A DNA stretch of 64,000 nucleotides, taken from assembly GCA_021613535.1 (NCBI GenBank), contig CP075492.1, forward strand, positions 11,656,001 through 11,720,000, given 5' to 3'. Shown here piece after piece: positions 13,201 through 27,167 of the stretch. The translations under genes were made by a program, and so were the position numbers. The number at the start of each line of letters is the position of its first letter. The first letter of the stretch is position 1. Origin of the DNA: Adineta vaga. Lineage: Eukaryota; Animalia; Rotifera. The notes beneath the pieces were generated by a model. It was not told the origin of the DNA and searched no databases. It saw nothing but the letters and a program-made list of their open reading frames with translations.

Positions 13201-16200
13201 ATTTGCGATATTCGTTGTTGAAGGTGTGGAAACATCCAAATCTGGTGAACTCTGAGCAGTTGCGAAGATATTTAATGATGGATTACTGACAGTAGAAACA
13301 TTAGGTACATTAGCGCTGAGATCATTTTCTAATCTATAAATTAAATCGAGAACTATCATATTTAGTTTGAAAATGAAAAAGAATACATACGATATAATTT
13401 GTTGTTCAGAAGATTCACTAGTGACATTTTTCTTATTATTTTCTTCATTAACAGCAGATAGAAATTCGACTAAAATATGAAGTTTAAATAATGATAATTT
13501 CTCGAATTCTTGAATCATGTAAAAGGCTTATAAACAAGTCAATTTTGCAACATTAAAATTTCATCTATCAGTTTTCTATGACGTCATTTTATCCTTCATT
13601 GTGTGTCCTTGTTGTTTGGCCTACTTCTCAATGTTTCTTCGCTATTATCCTTGAACAGTCAAATAGAAAGACTAAGCCTTGTATGAACACCTTTTTCAAA
13701 TGCAATCTAAATCATGATAAAAAGCATAGAAGAATCGATTGATTTTTTTCTTTGCGAAGTCATTCTTTCACAACATTTCCACTGCGTACATTTTAAAATA
13801 CAATCAATTTGATCATCAAAATTACCTGATTCTGTAGTACTACTAATGGATTGTGTTGTCGGATGACTTTCTTCAGTTTTATTACTGATGTCATCTAAAA
13901 CTAAGACGTGACAAACTTTCAATCGGAAATCGAAATTCCTAACCTTTTGTAATGATAATAGGTTCATCCTTTAATTCGGTAAAATCCATCCATTCATGTG
14001 CACTTGAGATTTGTGTTTGAGTAGGTGCAAGAAAATCTTCGGATGATATTGATTCAATTTGTGTTTGACTAACAAGTGCATCATATTGTCGAGCAATTTG
14101 ATCACAAAATCCTTGCACTAACTAAAATATGGAAAAAACAAACATTTCGATGAAGCATATAAAAATCCTTCAATTACATTGTCGACTTGATCTGTTGCTC
14201 GAGATGATAATACTAAATTATCAGCACTGGATGCTTGTTCAGTGGATGACACGGAAAATGTTGATTCTCCATTACTAATATCCGGTGTTGAAACACTTTT
14301 GCGTTGTGAAATGATATTTAATAAACTAGTATTAGCATTCATTGTTGTATCATCAGTTAAACGTGAAAGAGTTTCTTCAATCACTAATCGTAAACGTTCA
14401 GGATCATCAGATTCTAATGCTAAGAAGAAAATAGATGATTTCTTCGAAAAAATATTCAATCAAATAATTACCTGTTGAGATATCTGCTGGAATGGATGAA
14501 AGATCAAATAGCATTTGATCAATTGCTACTTGTCCCGGTCGATTATCATTGTTCGAATTAGTATTGGTTGATGATGTGCTCATACTTGCTAAACGTCGAA
14601 GAATATGAGATTGCATTTTATTTGTACGTGTCGTCGCTGAAGATGTTGAATAGGAATGATTATAAGGTGGATTTTGTCGAGCATTCGTCGAACGATTTCG
14701 ATCTTCGGTACGACAAGAACGAGAACGATTTAATTCAGGTTCTAAATTTGAAATGAAGATGTTTAGTCTTTTGAATCTATAATTAAATTTATCAAAGCTT
14801 ACTTGAACGAATGTCAATCGCTGAAAGAACTTGTCCATAGATTTCGAATCCAATAGTACATACTGGATGTCGACCAGATTTTTGATGAATACGTATATAT
14901 CGAAACTCATTCGAATTTTCAAATGACAACTTAATGATCCAAGTTGCTGTTGGTGAACTTGATTCTCCTACTAATGTTGTTTCACATGGTGAAAAATGTA
15001 AATTATCTTTTGATATTTGAAATGATAATGTTTTTGTCCAATGAGCAAAACCACCTGTTGCATGTCTCAAAGTGATATGCGTTGGAATAATCATTAAACC
15101 TAAATCAATCAATATCCAACTGTAACCACGATTTGTATCATCATTATCATCCGTCGGTGGTGAATGAGAAATCATATCGGATAATTGTTGTGATGTACTA
15201 TTAGTATCTGAACAACTGACTGGAAATGAAAAACGAAGAGAATAGTTATCTAAATTCAAATTTCAAAGAATTACCTGCAACAAGTCCACTTGAACAAGGA
15301 TTTGTGTAATCAGAAGTCGTCTTTCCATTTGTACCAATCCAATATAAGATTCCATTTTGATCAAAATCGTTTGTATATGTAAATGTTGGATGAGAATTTG
15401 ATTTCAATTGTTTAACAAATTCAAGTTGACTATGTGAATGATCATACCATTGTTTTGAAACCTATTGAATAAATACAGAAAGAGATACAAAATGATGATC
15501 TGTAAGAGAGCTTACCATTGAAGCAAGAAATGTTTTTAATTGTCCGACAGTTGCTAATGGTTCGATTTTTAATGATTTTCCTGTTCGATCAGTAAATAGT
15601 TGTTGTTCATTTTTATATTGAATTTGAAAACGAAAACGTTTGGAAAAAATCTGTAGACCATAATTAAATGGTGCATCATATAAGAATAATGGTAATTTTT
15701 CAATTGATTCTAAGATCGAAATTAATTTTTGTATGAGAATTTGAAATGCTTGTGGTTGATCATTGGAAAGAAAGATTGAAGAGAATAATTTCGCTCGTTC
15801 AGATACTTGATCATTGGATGACAAATGATTATTTTGATCAAGTAAACCATGAAAAATTTTCAACAATGTTGCAACAAGACCTGATGAAGTTAATTCATAA
15901 ATTGATAAACTTGTTTTTTCTGAAAGAAAATCTTTTAATTTTTCTAGGAGAGTTTTTAGATTTATTGATGAATTTGAATTTAGTTCATTATTTAAATTAT
16001 TTACAATTGATTGAAGATCAATTAAGATTGAACGTGTATAATTCGTTGGAGAGAAATTCTTCAAATATTCATTGTAAATAAACAAAGCGATTTCAGTTGT
16101 TCGTTGTTTCGTTTGTTCGGTTTTGCCTTTTTTATTTCCGACAACAACAGTCGAACTATTCGCTGATGTTAATGATTCAATTGTTGACCATGGAATAGTA

Positions 16201-18956
16201 AAATCATTCGGTAATGTCATTTCAGCACTATGTGTATGACGAATACCACGATTTGATTCGAAAATAAAACCGGATTGATCATGTTCAAGAATAGTTACCT
16301 GAAATATTTCGAAAATAAGTTCATTACAATTCAATTACTTGTATTTCTTTTCTCTTACTTGTTCTCCTTCAGCGTTATGAATTCGAAGTTGTGTTGGTCC
16401 ATCACATTGTAATGTCCAATTTCCGATCGTAATAGTTGTTTCATTACTTATATCCGAAGTGAAAATAGTTCGTGCAATGGTGGTTTGTTGTTTTTCAATA
16501 TCTTTTTCTTGTTCATTTCCATCGAATACTTGTTGTTTTAATCGTTGAAATTTATCGAGAAAATCATGACGATTTTCTTCTGTATCAACATTAGTTTCTG
16601 GACTTCCTACATGAAATAATTATTTAGAAAGAAATCTTTGTAAATATAAACAAACCTGATGAATACATTGTTGATAAAGTGTTATTTGTGAAAAATCTAA
16701 ACCATCCATTTGAACCCATTGATAATTCAATAACAATAAAATTATTCCATACATATAAACATTCCCGATTTCTCAATAAACTAAATTCATTCCAAACATA
16801 AGGTCTTGAACAGAGAATATCTTTTGCATCAGTTGATAGAATATTAACTAATACAACTTGTTCTACTGGTTTTGGATTCTCAATTTCATGTGATAAAGCT
16901 AATAATGTTATTTTGGATATTAAACCTAAATATTGAAATTGTTCAAGAAATAAACATTGATCTTTTTCGAATAAATTTTTTATAATTAATAGAACAATAT
17001 TGGATGTATCATTATCATCTTCATTGGTATCTAATATCGTTGATAATAATTCAAATACTGTTGTTAAAATTTTCATATCACGAATTTGTTCTAATGTTGC
17101 ATATTGAATTAATTTCGAAATTAAACGTAATGTACTACGTTTAATTGTTAAAATCATTGTATTTTGATATAATTGACAAAATATTCTTAATAAACGTTCA
17201 AGATAGATTCCTTGCATTTCAATATCACCTTTAGTTTTTTCATTTTTATTCAGTTGTTTTGTATCTGTCCATTCATGAGCTGATTGAAGAATATCAACAA
17301 CTTCTTGATGATTTTCATCTTGTCGTTCACGTGCCTTATCCAATGGTGTACGACCATCTTCATCACGTAACTCAACATTGGCACCAAATTTTAATAGAAT
17401 ACGAACAATTGATGCACGACCAAAACAAGCTGCATAATGCAATGACGATGAACGTTGACCACGATTAACATCAGCACCACGTCGACATAAATATTCCACC
17501 ATTTCACGTGTACCGAATGCTGATACCCAATTTAACATTGTTTGACCAACATTATCGGTGTAATTGATATCAATATTATTTTCTTCAATATAATTAATAA
17601 AGACTTGAAGATCACATGAACGAATATATTCAATGATTTGTTGTTGAGATCCATCAGAGGAAGGTGTGGGGGAAGTTGTAGTTGTAGTTGTAGTAGTAGT
17701 AGTAGTAGTAGTTGCTGTTGTTGTTGTTGTTGAATTTTGTGGTGTTTCACTTGTTGGAACTGGAGCATTTGTTGTACGTGTTGTACTTCCAGAACGAGGA
17801 AGTGCTTGACGTCCTTCAAAAAGTAAAACAATCAATAGATCGAGAAATCGCATTATATCCAATACACATCGTTCATCTCCACCACATAAAGCTGCTTCTA
17901 ATGCATCAGGTAAATCTGATCGTAATAGATCATATGTCACTTTGGCACTACCCCGACATAATGTTGATAATAAACCTGTTACAACAGATAAATTTGTTGT
18001 AATGCCACGTGCATTCGGTAGATTGTGTGTTTCACTAGATGACTTTGAAACATGATGTAATGATCGAAGAAGAACATCTTTTAAACCATAGCGCATTAAT
18101 GGTTCAGGATCAACAGTTTTTCTTGCAAATCGATCAGCTAGTGTTGCAAAACATCTCAATGCATTATCGGCAACAAATGCATCATCATGTAGAAGTAAAT
18201 TCGACAATGATTCAATTGTTTGATCCAATGTCGACGAATTTTGTGGATCAATTTTACCAATTAATTTAACGACAACATTCAATGCTGATTGTAATGAATC
18301 TTTATGTATTACTGAATAGCATGTATTGATAAAATCCAATACACAACGTAGACCATCTTGTTCATAGATACTTGATGTTTCTCGTGAACATAATCGTTCG
18401 AAAACTTTGATAATTTGTTCAGCAAGATCTTTATTTGTTCTATCTTCAATGTCAACAGCTTGTAAACAAGTACACATCGAACGAATAATGGTTGGATGTG
18501 AAGTTATTTTCTTCGCACAATCAACAGAAACATCAAGGAAATAGGTTAATGCACGTGCTGTAACTTCGAGAACATGTGTTGGTGCTAATGGATCACTGAA
18601 GATATCACAGAGAGCTAATTGAAAACAAAAATAGAGGTATCAATATTATCTATGTGTTATATTCGAAGAAATAGTTACCAGGAAGAAATAGTCGAGGTTG
18701 ATACCTGGAATATGTTTACAAAAAATATTTATTTATCTTGACTTTTTAATGAGATACATACTGTTCAAAACATCGATCGATATTATCACTCATTAAGACT
18801 AGCATACCTAAACAAGTAAACAAGATTTTTCAAAAATAAATTCTCGTGATTATAATATTATATACATAGTTGTTCAAGTGCGATTATTTGAAGATCACGT
18901 TCGCCACTTCCATCTCCTTTAAGCCAATTCAAAAGTTCATCTGGATCAGCATCCAT
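10230..18956 (-). CDS. HECTD1: E3 ubiquitin-protein ligase HECTD1 (ARM, ankyrin repeats, SUN, HECT), multi-exon
   Basis: N-terminus [31 protein letters not shown]. Ankyrin [27 protein letters not shown]-like [34 protein letters not shown] and catalytic [16 protein letters not shown]. Ends KERGFYFN*. Confidence 0.95.
17676..17731. repeat. ACT/ACA trinucleotide tract encoding poly-Thr within HECTD1
   Basis: gttgtagttgtagttgtagtagtagt...gttgttgttgtt on the + strand; translates to [21 protein letters not shown]. Confidence 0.85.
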
Positions 18957-19294
18957 TCTTTTTCTACTGTTATGTTTTTAATGCATAAAGATCTAAACAA
19001 ACAGATAATTGGGTTTTTTTTTGTATAACAGAAAATCTTGATGAAATTATTTCCGACGAATGAAGCGAACATTCGAGAAGTTCGAATTACAGTTGTTTTA
19101 TTTTGTTTTTCGAATAAAATTGTGAAATAAGATCAGCTGTTCTCTTTTTCACGTCATTCAACTACATCATTGACCTCTAAGATATCTTATGCATTTTATA
19201 TCTCATACTCAAACTTTCTATTAGCGACCTCTATCGAAAATTCATGATTATAACAGAAAAATACAGTTGCTTAGAAGACACATGGAATTAAAAG

Positions 19295-20997
19295 TCAACA
19301 TCGATTGCCAAACCAAACGTAAAAATTACGTTCATCTGCAACATACATAAAGTCACATTCCTGAATAATTGTCGGCGGTTGTATAAGCCAAGTTTGTGCA
19401 GCATTCCAAGATTTACATGAAATATGTAGGCTATGTAATTTTTGCATACGGCGAAGAATTGGTTGGATAGTATTCGGATGTGCTGCAATACCTAATGATA
19501 AATGTCGGCATGATTTCTTAAAAACTCGAACGATATTATTAAGGTGCCGCACAGGTACATTACCAAGTTCATCAGCTGAATAATTAGGTGAGATGGTCAA
19601 TGATTGAATCTGCTTGGATAAAATATCACAGACAATTTTATTGGTAAATTTTTCTGTCAATATAATTAAATCTATTAATGTTGATGTTAATGATTGAAGT
19701 TGAGGTATATTGACTAGCAAGTTAGCAAATTCTTCTGATGGCACATTTAACCTGTGAGAAAATACGATATGACGTATATTTGTCAATAGAAAATACCAGC
19801 TTGTCGGAAGTGTAGTTTCAAGAACTAATCGAACAATATAAGAGGATAAAAATCGACTATCAGGTATTTTACATCGTTTTTTGAATACTAACGTTTCGAT
19901 AGTTCTTTGTGAATTGTATTTTGTTTCGTCGACATTATCGGTAATTATATTTGACATACTTGAATCAAACGAAATGCAATTTATAGGCATTTCAGGAAAA
20001 GCAAAAGGCAGACTATAAAGAGTGCCACAAAAACCATATGCATTGTCAAAATCACATCGAATAAACCAACATTTTTCGAGTAAATAGAAAGGTGTTGAGA
20101 ACGATGCGACGACATTGTGTATAGAGTCAGTTATACTCGCATACACATCAAAAGAAAAACAAAATTGAAATATTTTTAATAATGGTAAAGATGATGTAAT
20201 TAATTCTTCCCATTGTCTTCCATTTGGCAATGAATGACATATACTGTTGGTATATAAAGTAAGTTTAGTTAATTGAGGTAAGTTTTGGAGTGCAGTTTGT
20301 ATTTCATTTTCACCATCGTCTACATCATAAACTAAGCTCAATTTATTCAATGTCGTCGGAAATTTTAGTGCTTCCAGATGAATACATCTAGATTTTACTG
20401 TATATTTAAGGTTTTTAAGTCGATGGAAATTCTACGAGATGAAACATATCGAGTTTAATTTGATAAATATCGAATTGAATTACTTACCATCAACCAACAA
20501 GTATGTTTACATCCTACTACTGTCAATTGTTGAAGTGACGGTAATTGAAAGACTGGCATATGCTCACCACAAATATCACTGATCGTAAGGGAAACAAGTT
20601 GATCAAACGATCCAGATTGAAAGAAAGTTTCCTTGTTAAAGTTATGATGCATATTCAACAGGGAAAGTATTTGTAATTGAGATAGATATCGTGGAGGTGG
20701 ATACAATTGGCAGAAGAGTTTGATTTGTCCGGGTGTTTTATCGTCATTCGAAAGACGTAATGATCGCCAAGAATGTATATCATGATGTTGAGTAACATAA
20801 TCAAATTTAACTTTGCTTACCGATTCGAAATCGAAATTATTTACGTAATTAATAAGTAAATGGCGAAAGCGATTGTTTAATTGAGAGAACGAATAAACAA
20901 CATCTATACTAGTAAGATATGCGAATATTTCCAAAAAAAAGTTCGTTGGGTAGTTGTTCCAATTGAAAAGGCTCTCGTTTGAAACGTTTCGATGCAT
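19295..20997 (-). CDS. F-box / LRR-like protein (paralogue 1), 2 exons
   Basis: N-terminal F-box-like YPTNFFLEIFAYLTSIDVVYSFSQLNNRF. Family motifs WEELITSSLPLLKIFQFCF, FSTPFYLLEKCWFIRCD, LYSLPFAF. One short intron at about 20428-20487. Confidence 0.8.
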
Positions 20998-21511
20998 TCA
21001 TTTTAAGATATTAGGTGTAGAATAACACCACGTTTGATTTTAACAAAAAAGAAAGAAAAACAACGTGCAAAAAATGTGTTTCTGTATTCTTTTTATTATT
21101 TCATTTTGTTTTGTATTTGACGAATGTCATCAAAATAAATGATTCATTTATTTCGAACAGAACAGAGAAAAAAAGGAAGATTTCTTCGGAAGAAAGAGAA
21201 AACCAATTGAAATCAAGACAATTCAAACTATCTTTATCATTATACTGTTGGAAATTTCTAAGTTTGGTGAGTAAATGATTACGTTTTCGAGAGAAGTAAT
21301 GGCAAAGAGACAGAGCTCAAATTACATATTGTTTCGAACCATTAAATTGTTTGTTCGATAAGCAAAGATACGTGTACATTATATTTTTTTATCTTGTAAT
21401 ATATTTCAGTCTGATAATACTTTATTGACAAACTATATAATCACTTGAATGTGATAAAAAAACCACGAAATTCTGTAGATTATCATAGTCATTTCTATAT
21501 GATTTCTTTTG

Positions 21512-23564
21512 TCAATGATGTTTACAAGAACGAGAAAACCAAAAGGAATATTCTTGTCCATTAGCAACAAGAGAATAATTCAATTTTTTATATTCATTAT
21601 TTTGTTCAATTAACCATTGCTTAGTAATTTGCAGATCATTACCGTGTTCTTTCAGACGTACTTTCAAGCTTTGAAGTTCATTCATACATCGTAAAAGAAG
21701 ACCAGCTACAATATTTCTTGAATAAACTGCAAGATTTAAATGTTCACAATGTCGACTGAAAACTTTTACTAAAGGTAAAAGTTCATCGACTTTAATATAA
21801 TCATCTAGATTCATTGTACGACAACCATCTGTCGAAAGTTTTAATGAACGAATTTTCTGCGATAATAAATTACAAATGCTTTTATTTTTCCATTGATTGG
21901 TTAAATCATTTAGTTTTTGATATGAAGTTATCAATGATTTTAGACAAGGAAAACTTTTCAATATACGAAGAAATTCATTATCTGATATATTCATTTGATC
22001 TCCCACAGTTAATTGACATAATTTTGGAATTGCATAAATCCAGTCTACTAGAGTATTAGAATACGTAATATGTACATCAACAATATCTTTTGAGAGTAAT
22101 TTTTCATGAATTTCTTCACATTTTACAGCTACTTGTAAAGTTTTAACAGATTTATATGGATTCATTTTTGAATTCTTGCTTGTCGAAATACTATCACTAA
22201 ATGAACGTGTGACAATTTCGAAACGTTGGAATGCATATGGTAATGAATAAAGAATAGCTGCAGTACTTTTATTATTATGAGCATCGCATCGAACAAACCA
22301 AGATTTTTCTTGTAAATAGAATGGTGTAGAAAATTTTTCAACAATTCGATTGACATCACGTGAGTAAGTAAAATTTCGCCAGAATTTAAAACAAAATTGA
22401 AAATTTTTCAACAATGGTAATGAAGATTTAATCAGTTCTTCCCATATTTGTCCGTCAGGTATTGGATTGTCCCAGGCACCATCATAGATAGTAAGACTGT
22501 TGAGTTCATGTAAAGACTTCAATGCTGTACGAATAAGTTTATTATCACCTAATTTTTTGGTAAACACTTTTAATTGCTTTAAAGTTGTTGGCCATATTAA
22601 ACAATCTTCGTGAGTACTGTGATGTTCAATAGTATGCTGAAGAGTTTCGAGTCGAAGTTTCTAGATCAGTAAAATATACTCATTTTCACAGATATTGAAT
22701 TATATCAAGATTTTCAATTTGCTAGTTTTCTTAGCTAATACAAGGAAGTTTATTAATGGATTTTTTATCGAGAAATATGAGAAGATCTGTTGGCTTTAGA
22801 AAAAAGACTATGATTTGAACTGAAAGATAGTAAAAATATCAGTTTGTCATTTAACTAAACATGTACTAAACCTAAACTGTATGAGTTTAGTGTCTGTCTT
22901 CATTTAACTAACAATAGCATTAAGTTAAAGAAGCAAAGAATAAGTCCTTTAACCTTTAGTATGATGAACGATTAGGGAATGTGAATAAATTAATCGTATA
23001 GATTTTTAAAAGATCAATTATAATATATATCTTCAGAAAGAAAATTCTTACATGGAGCCAATTGGTATGTATACAAGAAGTAATAGTAAGATGTTTTAAT
23101 GCGACTATATCTACAACTGGTATAGTCTTTCCACATATTGATCCGATGGATAATGAAACAAGACAATTGAACAATGTTAATTGTGGCAAGATTGATGTTG
23201 TAATAGAACATTGAGTATTTATAATAGATAATGCTTCTAGATGCGAAAAGCTCTGTGCAAGATCAAATTGTCGACAGAAATACGTAACTTGTCCTGGTGT
23301 ATCATCATCGTCAGAAAGACGTAATAACCTCCATTGTTTAATGTCATGATGTCGAATAATATAATCCAATTCTGTTTTAGCAATTGATTTACAATCAAAT
23401 GTATAACAATATTGAGAAATTAAACTTTGAAAGCGATTATTTAGTTGAGAAAATGCACATATGTTCACTACACCAGTTAGATAACTAAAAATTTCGAGAA
23501 ACAATTCATTGGGTAATGTTTCCAATACAGTTAAATCATGTTTAAAGCGTTTTGCACTCGACAT
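21512..23564 (-). CDS. F-box / LRR-like protein (paralogue 2), 2 exons
   Basis: LETLPNELFLEIFSYL F-box, WEELIKSSLPLLKNFQFCF, FSTPFYLQEKSWFVRCD. Intron at about 22662-23051, in the same position as in paralogue 1. Confidence 0.8.
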
Positions 23565-24043
23565 TGATGAATATATGCGGGAGAATTACTTTGAAACGTC
23601 TTCTTGTATGTACCCTTATTGTTCTTTTTCTGTTTCTTTCTCTGAAAGGTCTGTTATTTTATTCCGCGAAAATAAGAATAACGTCATTAAGTAAATAGAG
23701 AGTGAGTGAGGATGGGGAGCACTCCACAGAACATACACTCTTTCATATTGCTCACCCATCATAATAGACGTCCTATCAAGAGTCAATAAAGTAGAAGTGG
23801 AAAAAAGAATATTCACTCATTTTGACCTTATTTTGATTGTCATTTTATCGACAAAAATAAATGGTTTCATGAATAATAGAGTTGCATAAACATAAAAACG
23901 CAATGTGTAGATATTTATCTATGATAAATAAATAATTGTCATTATCGTAAATTCTTTTCTGCAATATCTTAATTAGTAGGAGAATGTATTGTATTCAAAG
24001 AAAATTTTTATACAAAAAAAATATATAATGTAGTTTTAAATGA

Positions 24044-26677
24044 TTAACAACTTGATGTGGTTCGCTCTCGCATATTTTCCAGTCGAACAAAATCTTCACT
24101 TAAATTAGAATTGGAATATTTAGCAACAATTCCACGAGTTTCATCTGATTTCGATGAAAAGCGAGTGTGTATTTTCTGACGATTGACGTACATACTAATA
24201 ATGAGAACAAGAACACATACACCAAGCACCGAGCCTACAATACTACCCACGACAGATGAACCTTTTGGTTTTGATCTAATGATTGTTGATGTTTCACTAT
24301 GTTCGATGTCGGTTGAATCTGATGAATTAGTGATAATCGTAGTAGTATTCGTCGAGAAAGAAGACACAGTTGTCGAAGGAGGACGAGTAACTCTTCTAGT
24401 TGTAGTTGTAGTGGTCGGTATTTTAGAAGATGTGAATGGTTCTGTTTCTGGTCCTATCGTCGATGACATAGTGGAAACAGTTGTTTCTGTACCAATGCTT
24501 GCAGTACTTGTCTCGCCATGATCTGTAGTTGTTTCACTGATTGCACTTGTATTAGTAACCGGTTGTATTTCAGTTGTACTTATTTTCATACTGCTGCTTG
24601 TCAATGATACAAAACTCGCGGTAGTCTCAATACTGGTGCTGCTCACGGTAGCTGTGATCGCTGAAGTAGTGGTAGGACTGATGGTAGTAGTAGTAGAAGT
24701 TGTAGTTGTAGTAGTACTAAGAGTAGTGGAAGGAGTGGTAGTGGTAGTAGTACTAAGAGTAGTGGAAGAAGTAGTAGTAGTAGTAGTAGTTGTAGTTGTA
24801 GTAGTACTAAGAGTAGTGGAAGAAGTAGTAGTAGTAGTAGTAGTTGTAGTTGTAGTAGTACTAAGAGTAGTGGAAGAAGAAGTGGTAGTAGTAGTAGTAC
24901 TAAGAGTAGTGGAAGAAGTAGTAGTAGTAGTAGTACTAAGAGTAGTGGAAGAAGTGGTAGTTGTTGTTGAAGTTCCTTCATCAGGAGGACATTGAACTAC
25001 TGGATATCTACCAGAGCCTACAAGACAATCTTCATACTAATTAAGTCATATGCATTCAAACTATACCTACATTTGTTTGACGACAAGATTATATGATCTA
25101 GTGATACAAGACCTATTCCACCAATTTTCCCTTTTCTTGCTTCGAAAATAATCTATTTTATTATCACAACAAACATATATAATTAATCAAATATAAATAA
25201 ACTATACCTTATATCTTCCATCTGTTTCCAGTAGCAGTGGTGACTCTGCTGCTATCCACCGATTGGGTATACTTGATCCATTTGTATGCCACATGCATGT
25301 TTGTTCACCACTCCAGTAATCTTCTACATATACATTTAACCAGTCATTATCGCTACCAGCAATATTATAATGAAACTGGACACATCCTTCCTCTGACAAT
25401 GCATCAAGAACTGGAGAATCAAACTGAGATCGTTCACCTATGTCATCGAATTGATTTGTTTGAATTTGAACAAAGCCACCTATTCATTACACAAGAGAAA
25501 AAAACAAAATAGTTACATACAGAAACTATTATGAAAAGAATGTATACCATCACGACAGGTGAACCATTTGTTATCATTTCCTTTGCATTGAAGATTCTTC
25601 TTATTTAGTGTACAATAGTAGTACGAAACAGATTTTTCTTCGAACGGTATTTTGCACAACTTACCATCATCACTCGATCTCACTATGGTGGAGAATGTAT
25701 TTGAGAAATAAACGAATGAAGAATTTTGAAAAATGAATACATACTGATACTACTGTAATCACTCGATGGACCAATAGTAATATTTGCTTCTCTTTCATGA
25801 ATGACCTTCCATCCATATTTCGTATCACTTTTCCATCCACATAGCTCTTTCTCAACATCAAAATCACAACTAGCATTGAATCGAGTTCGAGGTGTTGTTG
25901 TGGAAGGTGGTCTCGTTGTTCTAGTACTAATTGGTGCTGAAATATCGAAACTGACGAGTGGAAAAGGATTGATAAATATTTCTAACCTGGTTCTCCCTGC
26001 AGAACAATGTCATCAATGGCAATATCCGATGATCGACCAAGACCCGTTCGATTGGTATGAAATGCAAGCTATTCAAATGGATATCATCTATTAGGAAGAG
26101 TATTTCAGAAGAATACTGTACTTTAACATTTGCACCTGCAGATAAAGGAACAGTAGCTTGATACCATGCGGGAAATCCTTGTCGTCCACTTTTTTGCCAA
26201 ACTGAGTTATCATTGACAAGCAATGCAAGTGTACCTATCTGAGTTCCATGCATGAAGTACCAGAATGAAATTGAAGTGGATTGTTCAATCGATCTGTTTG
26301 TACTCATTACTCCAAATGCACTGGAGTCAGATAAACGAGCTGCCATAAAACGAGCATAGCTACCATCTTGAAGAAAAAAATGATATTGTCAATATCACAT
26401 GCATTGACAAAAAGCTTACTTGCAGTTGTATGATCCATAGTAGGACCAGAACTTGCTGTATCTGGAGTACTACCAGATGGAAAAATCTTCCATGTTGAAT
26501 CTAATGTCCATGCACATTCATCGATTTCAAAATCGCATGTTACTGTAGGGCAGATGATGAAATTATTGTATTCTATAGAAAGATATGGAATTTATAAAAA
26601 TAGTGAAATTGCTTCGAAAAAAAATAACGCTTACGTAGAAAATTATAAATTAGAATCAATCTTATTATTAAACTCAT
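24044..26677 (-). CDS. Type I membrane protein A: MAM domain, MAM domain with FN2-like insert, Thr/Ser mucin stalk, TM, short tail
   Basis: CDFEIDECAW, GPTMDHT, ISFWYFMHG, DIAIDDI MAM motifs. Second MAM CDFDVEKELCGW...CVQFHYNIAG...VSLDHI. TM VVGSIVGSVLGVCVLVLIISMYV. Confidence 0.8.
24681..24960. repeat. Coding minisatellite (about 6 units of the TTTSSTTLSTTT type) in the mucin stalk of MAM protein A
   Basis: Repeated core gtagtactaagagtagtggaagaag separated by variable numbers of gta/gtt triplets. Confidence 0.9.
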
Positions 26678-27167
26678 GTTTTGTCGTTAACTATCGACAC
26701 AAAAAACAACAAAGGTAACATTAATGTGAGATGTTTCTTTATCTTCACTCATATGACTATCTATTTGTTAGTTAACAGTTATGTAGAACAATTCGTCAGC
26801 ATCAACTTTATCAGATGAAAATTTATCTACGCTTTGTCATAAAAGTAAACGAAAATAAACTCATCCACGTACCGTACGAACGATACGAACGATCCAGAGA
26901 AATACCATTCTTTCTCTATCTTTAGAGTCGATTGAGAACTGAAAAATTCATATATCAATCGCACATTCATCTACGCTGCTGTTTTAAAATAATAAAGTTG
27001 ACACGGATATTTTTTCTATAGAAAATACCATCCTTCAGTGATGGAAAGTATGCTAACATTCAATAGAGATAGTTTCATTTTCAAATAAATATCTAAGAAT
27101 TGATGAAAAATTTATTTATGTTAATAAAAAAATATATGTTTCAACTATCAGTACGAATTTCACAATT

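Noticed and set aside
24681-24960. Repeat-spacer-like pattern suggesting a CRISPR array
   Set aside because: The spacers are just variable GTA/GTT triplets, the context is a eukaryotic coding exon, and there are no cas genes.
24636-24995. Val-rich and Leu-rich ORFs that look like membrane proteins
   Set aside because: They are antisense or alternate-frame readings of the Thr-rich mucin repeat in MAM protein A.
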